Source: Akkermansia muciniphila (GTDB lineage: Bacteria > Verrucomicrobiota > Verrucomicrobiia > Limisphaerales > SIAT01). Taken from it: 64,000 bases of DNA. The notes beneath the pieces are model-generated. The model worked only from the letters and a program-made list of their open reading frames with translations. It had not been told where the DNA came from and did not search any database. Positions 1-10,017 of this stretch are shown piece by piece. Within the stretch, counting starts at the first letter, position 1. The number at the start of each line of letters is the position of its first letter. The position numbers and the translations under genes are program-made. The DNA lies in assembly GCA_945900775.1 (NCBI GenBank), contig CAMDJP010000009.1, forward strand, positions 7,511 through 71,510, read 5' to 3'.

Positions 1-2
1 GC

Positions 3-389
3 AGTATCTATCTAGGCATCGCACGCGGCGCGCCGTTGCCGGAAGTGCTCGCGCTTTTTGACATGGCCAACCCGAACATCGTCGTGGCCCAGCGCGAAGT
101 GACCACGGTGCCGACGCAGTCGCTGTTCCTCATGAACAGTCCGTGGTTGGTGAAACAGGCCGAGGCATTCGCTACGCGTTTGCTGGAGGAGAAAACGGCG
201 AGTGACGATGCGCGCGTGAATCTGGCTTATCAAATGACACTGGCGCGTTTGCCGTCGTCTGCAGAGCGCGACGCGGCGTTGACGCATCTGCGTCAGTGGA
301 CGCAAACGCCCAACATCGCGCCAGAGAAAGCGTGGGCCAGTTTGTGCCAAGTGCTGTTCGCCACGGCAGAATTTCGGTATGTGCAATGA
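3..389 (+). CDS. DUF1553 (PSD1) domain protein, C-terminal part; 5' end outside window
   Basis: Frame is open from the window edge (SIYLGIARG-PLPEVLALFDMANPN...T-VPTQSLFLMNSP) and ends LCQVLFATAEFRYVQ, a typical DUF1553 C-terminus. It lies directly upstream of a DUF1501 gene. Confidence 0.85.
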   Translation, partial: SIYLGIARGAPLPEVLALFDMANPNIVVAQREVTTVPTQSLFLMNSPWLVKQAEAFATRLLEEKTASDDARVNLAYQMTLARLPSSAERDAALTHLRQWTQTPNIAPEKAWASLCQVLFATAEFRYVQ

Positions 390-406
390 TCACGGGAGAC
401 TCTGAT

Positions 407-1870
407 ATGAATCCACATCCACTATTTCATTCGCGCCGCGACTGGCTCAAGACCAGCGCCTGCGGTTTCGGTTACATGGCGTTGGCAGGTCTCACCACGG
501 AAGCGGCGGCGCGCGATGGCGTGCTCAATCCGTTGGCCGCGCGCGAGCCGCATTTTCCGGCGCGAGCCAAGCGCGTCATCTTCATGTACATGCGCGGCGC
601 GCCGTCGCACGTGGACACGTTTGATTACAAGCCCAACCTGAAGAGCGACGCGGGCAAGTCGGTGGGCCAGTTAAGCGGTCAGGTGCAGGACCGCAATCGC
701 GGGCGCAAGTTGTTGCCCTCGCCGTTCGCGTTCAGCCAGCACGGCAAGAGCGGTCTGTGGATTAGCGAATTGTTTCCGCATCTGGCGCAGCACGCGGATG
801 ATCTGTGCCTGCTCAACGGCATGCACACCAATGTGCCCAACCACCCGCAGTCGTGCTTGATGTTGCACACGGGCGAATTCCGTTTCACGCGCCCGTCGCT
901 GGGCGCGTGGGCGCTGTACGGATTAGGCACGGTCAACCAAAACCTGCCGGGTTTTGTCACCCTCAACCCGCCGGGCGATCTCGGCGGTGCCCAGAATTAC
1001 GGCAACGCATTTCTCGCTGCTTCACATCAAGCCACGCGCATTGGCGAAGAAGGCGGTGCGATGGCCGCCGCGCGCATCGGCAATTTGCAGTCGCCGCTCA
1101 CCGCGTCGCGCCAGCGCGAGCAGTTGGATCTGATCCAATCCATGAACGCCGGATTGCTGCGGCGACAGGAAGTGAACCCAGAATTGGAAGGCGTGATCAA
1201 CTCGTTCGAGCTGGGGTTCCGCATGCAGGCGGCGTTGCCGGAGGTGCTGGATCTGGCTAAAGAATCACCAGCCACACTGCAACGTTACGGCATCGGCAAA
1301 GTAGGCAACAACAATGCCGGCAACAAAGATAAAGCTGCCGCGAAGAAAACCGCCGCCGGCGGTGCCACCGAAAATTTTGGCCGCCAATGCCTGATGGCCC
1401 GGCGCTTGGTGGAAGCGGGCGTGCGCTACGTCGAAATCTGCATGGGCAACTGGGACACGCACAGCGGACTCAAAGGTCGCCTCGGAACGCTCTGCAACTC
1501 CATTGACCAACCGATGGGCGCCTTGCTGGTCGATCTAAAACAGCGTGGGTTGCTCAAAGACACACTGGTCGTTTGGGGCGGCGAATTTGGCCGCACGCCC
1601 ACCGGACAAGGCGAAGACGGTCGCGATCACAACTCTGCCGGGTTCAGCATGTGGATGGCGGGCGGCGGCGTGAAAGGCGGGCAACGCGTTGGTGCCACCG
1701 ACGATCACGGCTCCATCGCGGTTGAAAACAAGATGCACCATCACGACCTGCACGCCACCATGCTGCATCTGTTGGGCTTGAACCATCAGAAGTTGACCTA
1801 CCGCTACGGCGGTCGCGACTACAGCTTGACTGACATCCACGGTCGCGTGGTCAAAGAAATCTTCGCTTAG
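407..1870 (+). CDS. DUF1501 family protein, predicted Tat-exported
   Basis: SRRDWLK twin-arginine signal, [52 protein letters not shown]. An alternative ATG at 386 overlaps the upstream TGA. Confidence 0.92.
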   Translation: MNPHPLFHSRRDWLKTSACGFGYMALAGLTTEAAARDGVLNPLAAREPHFPARAKRVIFMYMRGAPSHVDTFDYKPNLKSDAGKSVGQLSGQVQDRNRGRKLLPSPFAFSQHGKSGLWISELFPHLAQHADDLCLLNGMHTNVPNHPQSCLMLHTGEFRFTRPSLGAWALYGLGTVNQNLPGFVTLNPPGDLGGAQNYGNAFLAASHQATRIGEEGGAMAAARIGNLQSPLTASRQREQLDLIQSMNAGLLRRQEVNPELEGVINSFELGFRMQAALPEVLDLAKESPATLQRYGIGKVGNNNAGNKDKAAAKKTAAGGATENFGRQCLMARRLVEAGVRYVEICMGNWDTHSGLKGRLGTLCNSIDQPMGALLVDLKQRGLLKDTLVVWGGEFGRTPTGQGEDGRDHNSAGFSMWMAGGGVKGGQRVGATDDHGSIAVENKMHHHDLHATMLHLLGLNHQKLTYRYGGRDYSLTDIHGRVVKEIFA

Positions 1871-2062
1871 GACCTCCAGTCGTCCCAGTTCGCATCACCC
1901 CGCGTGGGGTGAGCCGCGTCTGCCTCCGCCTCCATATGGCGGCGCAACAGACCTACATCGAACTGATCGTTTGGGGCGGCGAATTTGGCCGCACGCCCAT
2001 CGGACAAGGCGAAGACGGTCGCGATTACAACTCTCCCGGGTTCAGCATGTGGATGGCAGGCG
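1564..2062 (+). repeat. 101-bp direct repeat, copies at 1564-1664 and 1962-2062, 5 mismatches
   Basis: Direct alignment of the segment encoding [33 protein letters not shown] with its downstream copy ([33 protein letters not shown]). Confidence 0.95.
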
Positions 2063-2337
2063 AAGAAATCCACCGGGCACTATTGGCGAAGGACTTTTCT
2101 CCGGCTCGCTTAGTGGGCTATGCCACGCAGATGCGACAAGCCGTCGAGAACATGAGGAAACTGGTCTATGAGTTTTACGCTCCGAACTTCTCCTTCAAAG
2201 ACGTCGTCATGAAGTATTCGGATGCTGCTGGAGAAATCACTGATTGCCTCAGCGGTGACGTGAACAAGGACTTCACCCGCCTGTGGGATCGCATTCGCGA
2301 GTTTGTCCCGTTGCCGGACGATCTGACGATGAGGTAG
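1909..2337 (+). pseudogene. Chimeric remnant: duplicated DUF1501 fragment fused in frame to the C-terminal fragment of a probable FAD-dependent halogenase/oxidoreductase-like protein
   Basis: After the duplicated segment the frame continues [42 protein letters not shown]...ITDCLSGDV, resembling the C-terminus of flavin-dependent halogenase-like proteins. No GxGxxG N-terminus is present. Confidence 0.55.
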
Positions 2338-2694
2338 CCCTAACATCGGAAGCTCAACGTGCGAACTGAGCATGCACTCCAACATGTGAGTCTATGCTGT
2401 ACGGAGGCCTTGAGCAAATACCGGTGTCGAGTACGTGCAGGCAGACAACGGAGTGAAGGTTAGTAGCAGTCATCCGAGGCTCGACGTGGACAAGACTAGC
2501 TATGGCTTTGTGATGTGCACCGAATCGCTCCGGCTTACGAACATGCAGGTCTGGCTAGTAAAAAATCCGCGGCCGGCATGAAGTGAAGACGGACGACTTT
2601 TCTGCTCTTCCTTGGCTTTCTTCCCTGTCAACAGTTCCTGCAATACCGCAGCCTGCAAACAAGAATTGCCATCCAGCCTGTCAATTCTGGGTCA

Positions 2695-3729
2695 TCACTT
2701 TCTTGACCCCTTGAGCGTGGCGATGAGGTAGTCCTCGGCTTTCGCGTGTTTCACATCGGGTGCGCCGGGATAGACGAGTTCGCAGGCGACGCCAATGGAC
2801 TTACACTTCTCCTGAAGCTTCACGCCGTAGTTGGCCGTGTGCGTGGGGTCTTTCTGTTCCTGACCAAGCGCGGGCGCGGAAGAGTAAGTCATCCAGATGG
2901 GTGGGTCTTCGGCGGTGACGTGCTCGATGGGCGAGTATTTCTTAATCCACGGCAGCACAGACTCCCGCCCGGCAAGGAACGCGGCAAATTGGGTATCGCG
3001 AGTCTTGTTGTCCTTCGGGTCGGGCATGAAGCCGAAGGCGTGGCCGCCGTAACGGCTGTTGGGCGTCCACTCTTTGAGCTCCTTCGGGTCGAGCGAGGTC
3101 TGCGCGCCAATGACCGCCGCGCACCACAGGCGGGTGGATTCCCGCGCGACGGGGTCGGAGCTATTCGCATCGGCGAGGTCATCGTGAAACGCCAGCCAGA
3201 GACTCGAGCACGCGCCTGCGCTGCCACCGGTCGCGCCAATGCGTTGCTTGTCGAGGTTCCATTCCTTCGCCTTGCTACGGACGAACTGCAGCGCGCGCGC
3301 GGCGTCAGCGATGGGCCATTCGACGGGCGGTTTCACGCCGGCGATCTGGGCCTGTGTGCTGTACCGATAATTAATGGAAACAACGGAGATACCTGCCGCG
3401 AGATACTTCTCAAGATTGCTGACGCTCTTCTTGTCGCCCGCGACCCAACCGCCTCCGTGGATGTGAAACACGAGCGGCGTGGGTTTGTCGGACTTGGCCT
3501 GATAGAAGTCGAGCACCTGCCGCTCGTGCTTGCCGTAGGCGACGTTTCCCTGCGTCGGCGCGCCCTGGGCTTCGGCGGCGAGGGCGGGAAGGCTGAACAG
3601 GGAGAGAAGCGCGAAGAGGACGGGGAGGAATACAGACTTGGCGCGCGAATCACGCGAACACTCTGGCCGAGCAATGCTTGGCACTCCGTCGGCCCATCGG
3701 TGTGTCTCTGTATTCATCTGTGGCTTCAC
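2695..3729 (-). CDS. Secreted alpha/beta hydrolase (HSL-like/BD-FAE-type esterase)
   Basis: HGGGW oxyanion motif, INYR, GGSAG nucleophile elbow, DPTH; hydrophobic signal ending ALA-AE; start overlaps the upstream stop. Confidence 0.88.
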   Translation of the reverse strand: MKPQMNTETHRWADGVPSIARPECSRDSRAKSVFLPVLFALLSLFSLPALAAEAQGAPTQGNVAYGKHERQVLDFYQAKSDKPTPLVFHIHGGGWVAGDKKSVSNLEKYLAAGISVVSINYRYSTQAQIAGVKPPVEWPIADAARALQFVRSKAKEWNLDKQRIGATGGSAGACSSLWLAFHDDLADANSSDPVARESTRLWCAAVIGAQTSLDPKELKEWTPNSRYGGHAFGFMPDPKDNKTRDTQFAAFLAGRESVLPWIKKYSPIEHVTAEDPPIWMTYSSAPALGQEQKDPTHTANYGVKLQEKCKSIGVACELVYPGAPDVKHAKAEDYLIATLKGSRK

Positions 3730-5372
3730 TTAGCTTTGGCTTTCTTGCCCGGGGCTTTCTTCGGCTCGGCGTCGGGGTTGAGGAAACGCTTCCAATTCAC
3801 AGATACGTCGTTGGCCTGCTTGAAGCCGGGGGTGGAGCGGCCTTCGCTGACAAGCTTTTCCATCACGGCGGTGAGTTCGACGACGAGTTCCGGTTTCTCC
3901 GCAGCGAGGTTCTTGGTTTCGCCGAGGTCGGTGGCGAGGTTGTAGAGCTGCGCGCGTGGCGCGGCGTTCTCTGCCTTGGCCGCGCCGCCGCCGAAACCGC
4001 CGCCCACTTGGCCGAAGATGATTTTCCAATCGCCCTGCCGCAGGGACGGTAGACCGTTCATCGCGTGGCTGATGGCGTGCTGGCGGATGGATTTGTCCTC
4101 GCCGCGCAACAGCGGCATCAGGCTGAAGCTGTCCTCGCCAGCCGTGGGGGGGAGCTTCGCGCCGAGCACATCGGCGAAGGTCGCCATGAAGTCCGCCTGC
4201 ATCACGAGTTGGGCGCAGCGCGTGCCGGGCTTCACCACGCCGGGCCAGCGCGCGATGAATGGCACGCGATGCCCGCCTTCCCATGCGTCGGCCTTGTAGC
4301 CGCGCAACGGGCCGCTGGGGAAATGGCCCTGTGCCTCCATGTCCTTCGCGCCGATGTAGGGCGCGCAGCCGTTGTCGCTGGTGAAGATGACGAGCGTCTT
4401 GTCCGCCGTGCCACTCGCGTCGAGCGCGGCCAGCACGCGGCCGACAGTGGCGTCGGTTTCCATCACGAGGTCGGCGTAGTCGCCAAGGCCGCTTTTGCCC
4501 TTCCATTCCTTGTTCACGGCGAGCGGTGTGTGCGGCGAGGTCAGCGGCATGTAGAGGAAGAACGGCTCCGCCTGCTTCGCGCTGCGCTCGATGAAGGCAC
4601 ACGCACGGTCGGTGAGTGCGGGGAGAATGCCTTCAAGTGTCCAGTCCTTCAGTGCGGGGCCCTGGATGCTGGCCTGGTTTTTTACCAGTCGCGCGGGCGC
4701 AAGCAGTTCGCTGGGGATGCCGACGGTGCGGTCATTCTCGATGAAACAGTAGGGCGGCCAGTTGGGAACGTCAGTGCCGAAGTAAGTGTCGAAGCCGCGC
4801 GTGACGGGACCGCCGCCGATAGGCTTGGCATAAACTTCCTTCCACGCGACGCGGTGCGCGTCGCTGATGGAGGTGGTGACTTCACCGCCGCCGCCGACCT
4901 TGCCGCCGAACCCGGTGAAGAGCGGTCGCTGCTCAGGCGCGATGGGCCAATCCCAGCCGAGATGCCACTTGCCAATCATGCCGGTGCGGTAGCCGTGCTG
5001 CTTGAGCAAGCTCCCAATCGTCAGTCGGTCTGGTGCGATGAGCGGCCGCTCCAAGTAGCCGACAATCCCCGACTGCAAGCGCGTGCGCCAATGGTAGCGC
5101 CCAGTGAGCAACGTGTACCGTGTCGGGGAACAAACGCCGCTGCTCGTGTGTGCGTCCGTGAAGCGCATCCCCTGCGCCGCGAGGCGGTCAATGTGCGGCG
5201 TCGGGATTTTTCCGCGCTGCGGGTTGTAGCACTGCACATCGCCGTAGCCGAGGTCGTCGGCGAGGATGACAATGATGTTAGGTTTGGGGCTAAGCTTTGG
5301 CGCATCGGCGGCGAATAGCTGACCGCAAGCGAGTATCAAGAGGGCGATGGGAAACGCTAGAAGTGTGCGCAT
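3726..5372 (-). CDS. Arylsulfatase (Cys-type sulfatase)
   Basis: Signal peptide, PNIIVILADDLGYGD, CSPTR formylglycine motif, GKWHLG, FTSDNG, EGGHRVPF. Confidence 0.93.
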   Translation of the reverse strand: MRTLLAFPIALLILACGQLFAADAPKLSPKPNIIVILADDLGYGDVQCYNPQRGKIPTPHIDRLAAQGMRFTDAHTSSGVCSPTRYTLLTGRYHWRTRLQSGIVGYLERPLIAPDRLTIGSLLKQHGYRTGMIGKWHLGWDWPIAPEQRPLFTGFGGKVGGGGEVTTSISDAHRVAWKEVYAKPIGGGPVTRGFDTYFGTDVPNWPPYCFIENDRTVGIPSELLAPARLVKNQASIQGPALKDWTLEGILPALTDRACAFIERSAKQAEPFFLYMPLTSPHTPLAVNKEWKGKSGLGDYADLVMETDATVGRVLAALDASGTADKTLVIFTSDNGCAPYIGAKDMEAQGHFPSGPLRGYKADAWEGGHRVPFIARWPGVVKPGTRCAQLVMQADFMATFADVLGAKLPPTAGEDSFSLMPLLRGEDKSIRQHAISHAMNGLPSLRQGDWKIIFGQVGGGFGGGAAKAENAAPRAQLYNLATDLGETKNLAAEKPELVVELTAVMEKLVSEGRSTPGFKQANDVSVNWKRFLNPDAEPKKAPGKKAKAK

Positions 5373-5386
5373 GATCCGAGAGCGTT

Positions 5387-6274
5387 TTATTTCTTGAGAC
5401 ATTCAGCCACAAACTCAAACAGTGCTTTCGTCGACGCATCCTCCGGCACACCGAGGTTTCCGTTGATGCGACCGTGGTTGGTCTCTTTCGCGCCGAAGGC
5501 CTTGCCTGGGATGCCCGATTGCTTCAACACACCTTCGAGCCGCCGGGCTTGCATCGTGTTGTCTGGATGGTCGGCGACGTGGAGGATGAAGAAGGGCGGG
5601 ATTCCCTTGCCCTTCGCGACGTGCGTGACGGCGGAGTAATCGCGATGCAATTCGGGCGTGTTACCGAACTTCACGCGATGGCCCTGAATAGGCATTGGGA
5701 AACCGTGTGCGCGCAGTCGCGTCTCGGCGGTCTCAATCATCGCCGGCACATCGTAGGTGTCGCCGTCCACGGGGAAGCAGCCCTTAAGCACGGAGAACGG
5801 CACGCCCTCGACCTTCAAGTAACGCTCATCAATACAGATTAGCGCCGCGAGCTGGGCGCCGGCGGAGTGACCACCGACTAGAATGCGCTTCGGGTCGCCG
5901 CCGTGCTGGGCGATGTTTTTGTGAACCCAACCGAGCGACTTGGCGATGTCGCGGAAGATCGTGACCATGTCCACCTCGGGCAGAAGTCGGTAGCCGGTCG
6001 AGACAAAGACAAAGCCCTTTTCCACGAAGGCCTGCGGCTTGAGCTGCACGCTCGTCTTGTCGCCCGCCTGCCATCCGCCGCCGTGAATCCAGAAAACCAC
6101 GGGCAAGTTTTTCGCGCCGGGCGGAGCGTAGATGTCCACCTTCAGTCGCGGATTGGCTGGATCGCCGAAAGGCACATTCGCAGCGGTGGGCTTGATGGTG
6201 GGCGTGTCGGCAGCATGAGCCGAAAACGCGAAGCAGCAGAGAGACGCGAGGAGAAGGACGTGGGAGGTTTTCAT
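5387..6274 (-). CDS. Secreted alpha/beta hydrolase (esterase)
   Basis: Signal peptide ending AHA, IHGGGW, GHSAG, C-terminal NH (catalytic His candidate). Confidence 0.88.
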   Translation of the reverse strand: MKTSHVLLLASLCCFAFSAHAADTPTIKPTAANVPFGDPANPRLKVDIYAPPGAKNLPVVFWIHGGGWQAGDKTSVQLKPQAFVEKGFVFVSTGYRLLPEVDMVTIFRDIAKSLGWVHKNIAQHGGDPKRILVGGHSAGAQLAALICIDERYLKVEGVPFSVLKGCFPVDGDTYDVPAMIETAETRLRAHGFPMPIQGHRVKFGNTPELHRDYSAVTHVAKGKGIPPFFILHVADHPDNTMQARRLEGVLKQSGIPGKAFGAKETNHGRINGNLGVPEDASTKALFEFVAECLKK

Positions 6275-6300
6275 GATTGCTGGGTCTGACGGAGACGGGG

Positions 6301-7926
6301 TTACTGTTTATTACCTTTCTTGGAACCTTTTACCGTGGGACTGTCCTCTGGCAGTCGGCCTGTGCTGCGAATCTTGTCCAACTGCGCGGCTAGCTCAGCG
6401 ACGCGCTCGGGTTGTTCGGCAGCGAGGTTCTTAGTTTCGCCGGGGTCGGCAGCGAGGTCGTAAAGCTGGCCGATAGGATCGTTCCCCAGTTCGGTGTTGG
6501 TGTTGGCGTTGCGCTTCGCGCCTTGTCCGGGGCTGATATATTTCCAGTTGCCCGCGCGCAAAGAGAGCACCCCGGCACTGGCGACGTGTGCGTCGCGGCC
6601 TTTCGCGGAATCGCCGAGCAATGCTGGGAGAATATTCTGGCTGTCGCGCGACTCGACGAGCTTCGCACCCGCGAGCGCGGCGAAAGAAGCGTGGAAATCA
6701 AGCTGCGACACGAGCACGCCCGAGACGCCAGGCTTCACGCGGCCCGTCCATCGCACGATGAATGGCACGCGCGTGCCCGCCTCGAAGTTGCTATATTTGC
6801 CCCCGCGCCACCCGCCGGCGGCCTTATGCGCGCCGAGCTTCGTGACTGCGTCGTCCTTGTAGCCGTCGTCAATCACTGGGCCGTTGTCACTGCTGAAGAC
6901 GACCATGGTTTTCTCAGTGAGCTTGAGGCGGTCGAGGGCGGCGAGCAGTTCGCCGACGCACCAGTCCATCTGCACGATGGCGTCGCCACGCGGCCCCATG
7001 CCGGACTTACCCACGAAGCGCGGGTGCGGCACGCGCGGCACGTGGATATCCTGCGTGCCGAAGTAGAGGAAGAAGGGTATGCCCTTGTTCGACTCGATGA
7101 AGCTGACGGCTTCGCGCGTGAAAAGGTCAGCCATATCCTCGTCCTTCCAGTGTGCTGCTGTGCCGCCCTTCATGTAGCCGATGCGGCTGATGCCATTGAT
7201 CAGCGTCATGTCGTGACCGTGGCTCGGGTGCATCTTGAGCAACTCGGGGTTCGCTTTACCGGTGGGCAGGCCGGGGAACGGCTTTTGATAACTCACTTCA
7301 ATGGGGTCCTTCGGGTCGAGGCCGACGACGCGGCCATTGCGAACATAAACGCACGGCACGCGGTCACCTGTGGCGGCCATGATGTAGCTGAAATCGAAAC
7401 CCGCCTCGTGAGCGCCGGGTTTGATGGCGCCGTTCCAATTCGGCCCACCTTGCGGCCCGAGACCGAGGTGCCACTTGCCCACCGCACCGGTCGCGTAGCC
7501 CGCGCTGCGGAGCGTGAGTGGCAGCGTGCCGCGTTCGGGTTCGAGCACGAGGCCAGCGTCACCGGGTAGCACGCCGGTGCCGCGTTTGCGCCACGGGTAT
7601 TCACCGGTGAACATCGCGTAGCGGGACGGTGTGCAGGTGGCGGAAGTGCAATGACCGTCGGTGAAACGCAACCCCTCGCGCGCGAGCCGGTCGACGTGCG
7701 GCGTCTTCACGGCGGTCGCCCCGTAGCAGCCGACGTCCCCGTAGCCGAGGTCATCGACGTAGATGAGCAGGATGTTAGGTCGAGAAACTGCTCCTGCGCC
7801 CGTGCCGGCACGCTCCGCCGCCGCTTGCTGAACAATCAACGAAAGGCAGAGAGCAATCATGCCAATGAAATGGTGCACGGTTTCGATAGTGCGTTCCTGC
7901 CCGCTGCCCTGCCAAGCGATTTTCAT
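6301..7926 (-). CDS. Arylsulfatase (Cys-type sulfatase); start uncertain (7926 or 7860)
   Basis: [45 protein letters not shown]. Confidence 0.92.
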   Translation of the reverse strand: MKIAWQGSGQERTIETVHHFIGMIALCLSLIVQQAAAERAGTGAGAVSRPNILLIYVDDLGYGDVGCYGATAVKTPHVDRLAREGLRFTDGHCTSATCTPSRYAMFTGEYPWRKRGTGVLPGDAGLVLEPERGTLPLTLRSAGYATGAVGKWHLGLGPQGGPNWNGAIKPGAHEAGFDFSYIMAATGDRVPCVYVRNGRVVGLDPKDPIEVSYQKPFPGLPTGKANPELLKMHPSHGHDMTLINGISRIGYMKGGTAAHWKDEDMADLFTREAVSFIESNKGIPFFLYFGTQDIHVPRVPHPRFVGKSGMGPRGDAIVQMDWCVGELLAALDRLKLTEKTMVVFSSDNGPVIDDGYKDDAVTKLGAHKAAGGWRGGKYSNFEAGTRVPFIVRWTGRVKPGVSGVLVSQLDFHASFAALAGAKLVESRDSQNILPALLGDSAKGRDAHVASAGVLSLRAGNWKYISPGQGAKRNANTNTELGNDPIGQLYDLAADPGETKNLAAEQPERVAELAAQLDKIRSTGRLPEDSPTVKGSKKGNKQ

Positions 7927-8224
7927 GGCGTGTTTCGAATGCCCCTCATCGCCCCCGTTCTGCTCGGTCTGTCCGCGAACACGACCGGGTTGATGCCAAC
8001 CTGAAGAAAGTCGCCCCTTCCACCGTTGTATCTCGTGGGCCCCTGCAGTTTTTTCCAGCTTGGCATCGGAGGGCACAAGATTTGCCCTAAACCGTGGCAA
8101 GTTGATGAAAATAAGCTTTTCGGCTCAATCTCACGCCGTTTTTCCACCTTTGTTTTCTCTTTCGCTGCGTTGCAACACGGCGCGCATTGACTTTCATCGG
8201 GCATCTTCCGAATCTCGCCGCGCG

Positions 8225-8785
8225 ATGATTCAGCCTTGGAAAACCATTCGTTCGACACCCGTCGGCGATTTCCGCATCTTCAAATTACGCCGCGACCGCC
8301 GCATCTCGCCACGCACCGGGCATGAGCACGATTACACCATCATTGATTGCCCCGATTGGGTGAACGTCGTCGCTATCACGACCGATCGTCAGCTCGTCAT
8401 GGTCGAGCAATATCGGCACGGCTCGGAGACCGTCCAACTCGAGATCCCCGGCGGCATGATGGACCCCGGCGAGACCGACCCCATCGCCGCCGGTCTACGC
8501 GAACTGCGAGAGGAGACGGGCTACGAAGGGGCTGGTGCGCGTCTGCTCGGCAAGATTCTGCCGAACCCAGCCATTATGGGGAACACCTGCTATACCGTCC
8601 TCGTCGAGAACTGCGAATTGAAACACCCGACCGCGTTCGACCACGGCGAGGACCTCGCCACGCATCTCGTGCCGATGGCGCAAATCCCGCACCTCCTCGC
8701 GAGCGGCAAGATTCAGCACTCCCTCGTCCACGTTGCCCTCAGCCACTATCAACTGTTGCGGCAGGGGATTTCTGGCGAGGCCTGA
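8225..8785 (+). CDS. NUDIX hydrolase (ADP-ribose pyrophosphatase-like)
   Basis: Nudix box GGMMDPGETDPIAAGLRELREETGY, with VEQYRH and PNPA. Confidence 0.9.
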   Translation: MIQPWKTIRSTPVGDFRIFKLRRDRRISPRTGHEHDYTIIDCPDWVNVVAITTDRQLVMVEQYRHGSETVQLEIPGGMMDPGETDPIAAGLRELREETGYEGAGARLLGKILPNPAIMGNTCYTVLVENCELKHPTAFDHGEDLATHLVPMAQIPHLLASGKIQHSLVHVALSHYQLLRQGISGEA

Positions 8786-8948
8786 GTTTTTAAAAGCGGT
8801 GGTTTCGACCTGAAAACCGCCCTCTACACTGCAAAAAACGGCATCTTTTCGCCTGCTAATTCGAAGGCAACGCGTCGCTCTCGAAATAGCGGAGTCGCCT
8901 TTTTTCAAGACTCACGGCGCTCATCTCTCCGGAGGCGTTGCGAGGGCC

Positions 8949-9230
8949 TTACTTCTTCCCGCTTTGGCGGACAGCTTCTTTCTTCTCTTCCAACTCGGCG
9001 CCGAGGGTCTTGCGCTCGCTCACGAGTTGGCGACGAAGCATCGCGGCGGCCTCGTCGTCGTTGGCGGAGATGGCCTTCGCAAGTTGCCCGTCGAGGAAGA
9101 TCTCGCGGTCGGCGATCTTGGCCTTGTAGTGGTTCTCAAGCTCGGCAATCTGCTTCTTCTGTGCGTCGGAGAGCTTGGCGATGGGGGCGGAGCCGAACTT
9201 CTCCATCGCGCGTTCGTAGGCGGATTTCAT
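8949..9230 (-). CDS. Small conserved-looking helical hypothetical protein (MKSAYERAMEK...)
   Basis: Coding-like codon usage, charged coiled-coil composition, starts 1 nt after the stop of the TPR gene. Confidence 0.75.
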   Translation of the reverse strand: MKSAYERAMEKFGSAPIAKLSDAQKKQIAELENHYKAKIADREIFLDGQLAKAISANDDEAAAMLRRQLVSERKTLGAELEEKKEAVRQSGKK

Positions 9231-9231
9231 G

Positions 9232-9732
9232 TCAGTGTGAATGGGAGGAGGGGTTTACCGTGTCATCGCCAGTTGCGGGCGGCTTCTTTTTCTTCCACGG
9301 CATGTCGGGGAACTTCTCGGGGAGCTTGAAGGCTTGTGGTGCGGCGGTGCCGGCCATCTTGAGCTCGGCGTCAGCCTCTGCGGCGGGCGCGGTGGCGACG
9401 GCGGGCTTGTCCATGTTGCCTTTCCATGAGGCGATGCGTGCCTGCAGCCCGTGGTGCTCGGCGGTCTGCTTGTCGCCGGAGCGCATGTAGAAGAGGGAGA
9501 GGTTGGTGTGGACGAGTTGCTCGTGCGGTCGGAGCTTCTCGGCCTTGTGCCCCTCGAGGATGGCGCCGGCGAAATCGCCCTGCCGACAGAGAGCCATGCC
9601 GAGCGAGAGCTGGGCATCGAAGTGCTGAGAATCCTCAGCGAGGATGGCGCGGAGGGCGTCGATGGCTTGAGAATAATCGCCTTGGCTGAAGGCGAACATC
9701 GCGTCGTCGTAGCGTTCTTGGGACACGGGCAT
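9232..9732 (-). CDS. Tetratricopeptide repeat protein
   Basis: TPR pattern GDYSQAIDALRAILAEDSQHFDAQLSLGMALCRQGDFAGAI...HTNLSLFY. Confidence 0.8.
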   Translation of the reverse strand: MPVSQERYDDAMFAFSQGDYSQAIDALRAILAEDSQHFDAQLSLGMALCRQGDFAGAILEGHKAEKLRPHEQLVHTNLSLFYMRSGDKQTAEHHGLQARIASWKGNMDKPAVATAPAAEADAELKMAGTAAPQAFKLPEKFPDMPWKKKKPPATGDDTVNPSSHSH

Positions 9733-9800
9733 AAATCTCTTTGAGAGCAAACGGTATCGTACGTTTGCTGGATGCCGCAAGTGCGGACCCGCGCATCCCA

Positions 9801-9989
9801 ATGAAACTGCCGATTGAAATCATCTCGACCGACTTCGGCGGGATGATCTTCGCCGAATTGCAGTGGCAGGGGACGAAGTGAGTGATCAACATCGGCCGTA
9901 ATCTCTCGAGGCTGATGGAGGCGAAGGCCGCCGTGCGCCTGGGTATGAAGATGCCAGTTTGGGTGAAAAGCGCTCGGCCTTGGGGGTGA
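9801..9989 (+). pseudogene. HAD-superfamily (Cof-like) hydrolase remnant
   Basis: MKLPIEIISTDFGGMIF (degenerate DxDGT motif I), then LQWQGTK*VINIGR (motif II-like) with an in-frame TGA at 9879-9881; truncated. Not in the ORF track. Confidence 0.65.
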
Positions 9990-10017
9990 AGAAGATCTCT
10001 TTGCGAGCTGATTTGGG

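Noticed and set aside
1078..1096. CGGCAATTTGCAGTCGCCG resembling the palindrome at 56843-56861
   Set aside because: It encodes GNLQSP within the normal DUF1501 body and is imperfect; coincidence is likely.
1564..2062. Template/variable repeat pair of a diversity-generating retroelement
   Set aside because: The mismatches (G/A, C/T, C/T, G/C, G/A) are not adenine-specific on either strand, and no reverse transcriptase is present.
2412..2581. Start-less open frame ANTGVEYVQADNGVKV...KNPRPA in a lower-GC spacer
   Set aside because: Possibly a gene remnant, but no recognisable motif supports a call.
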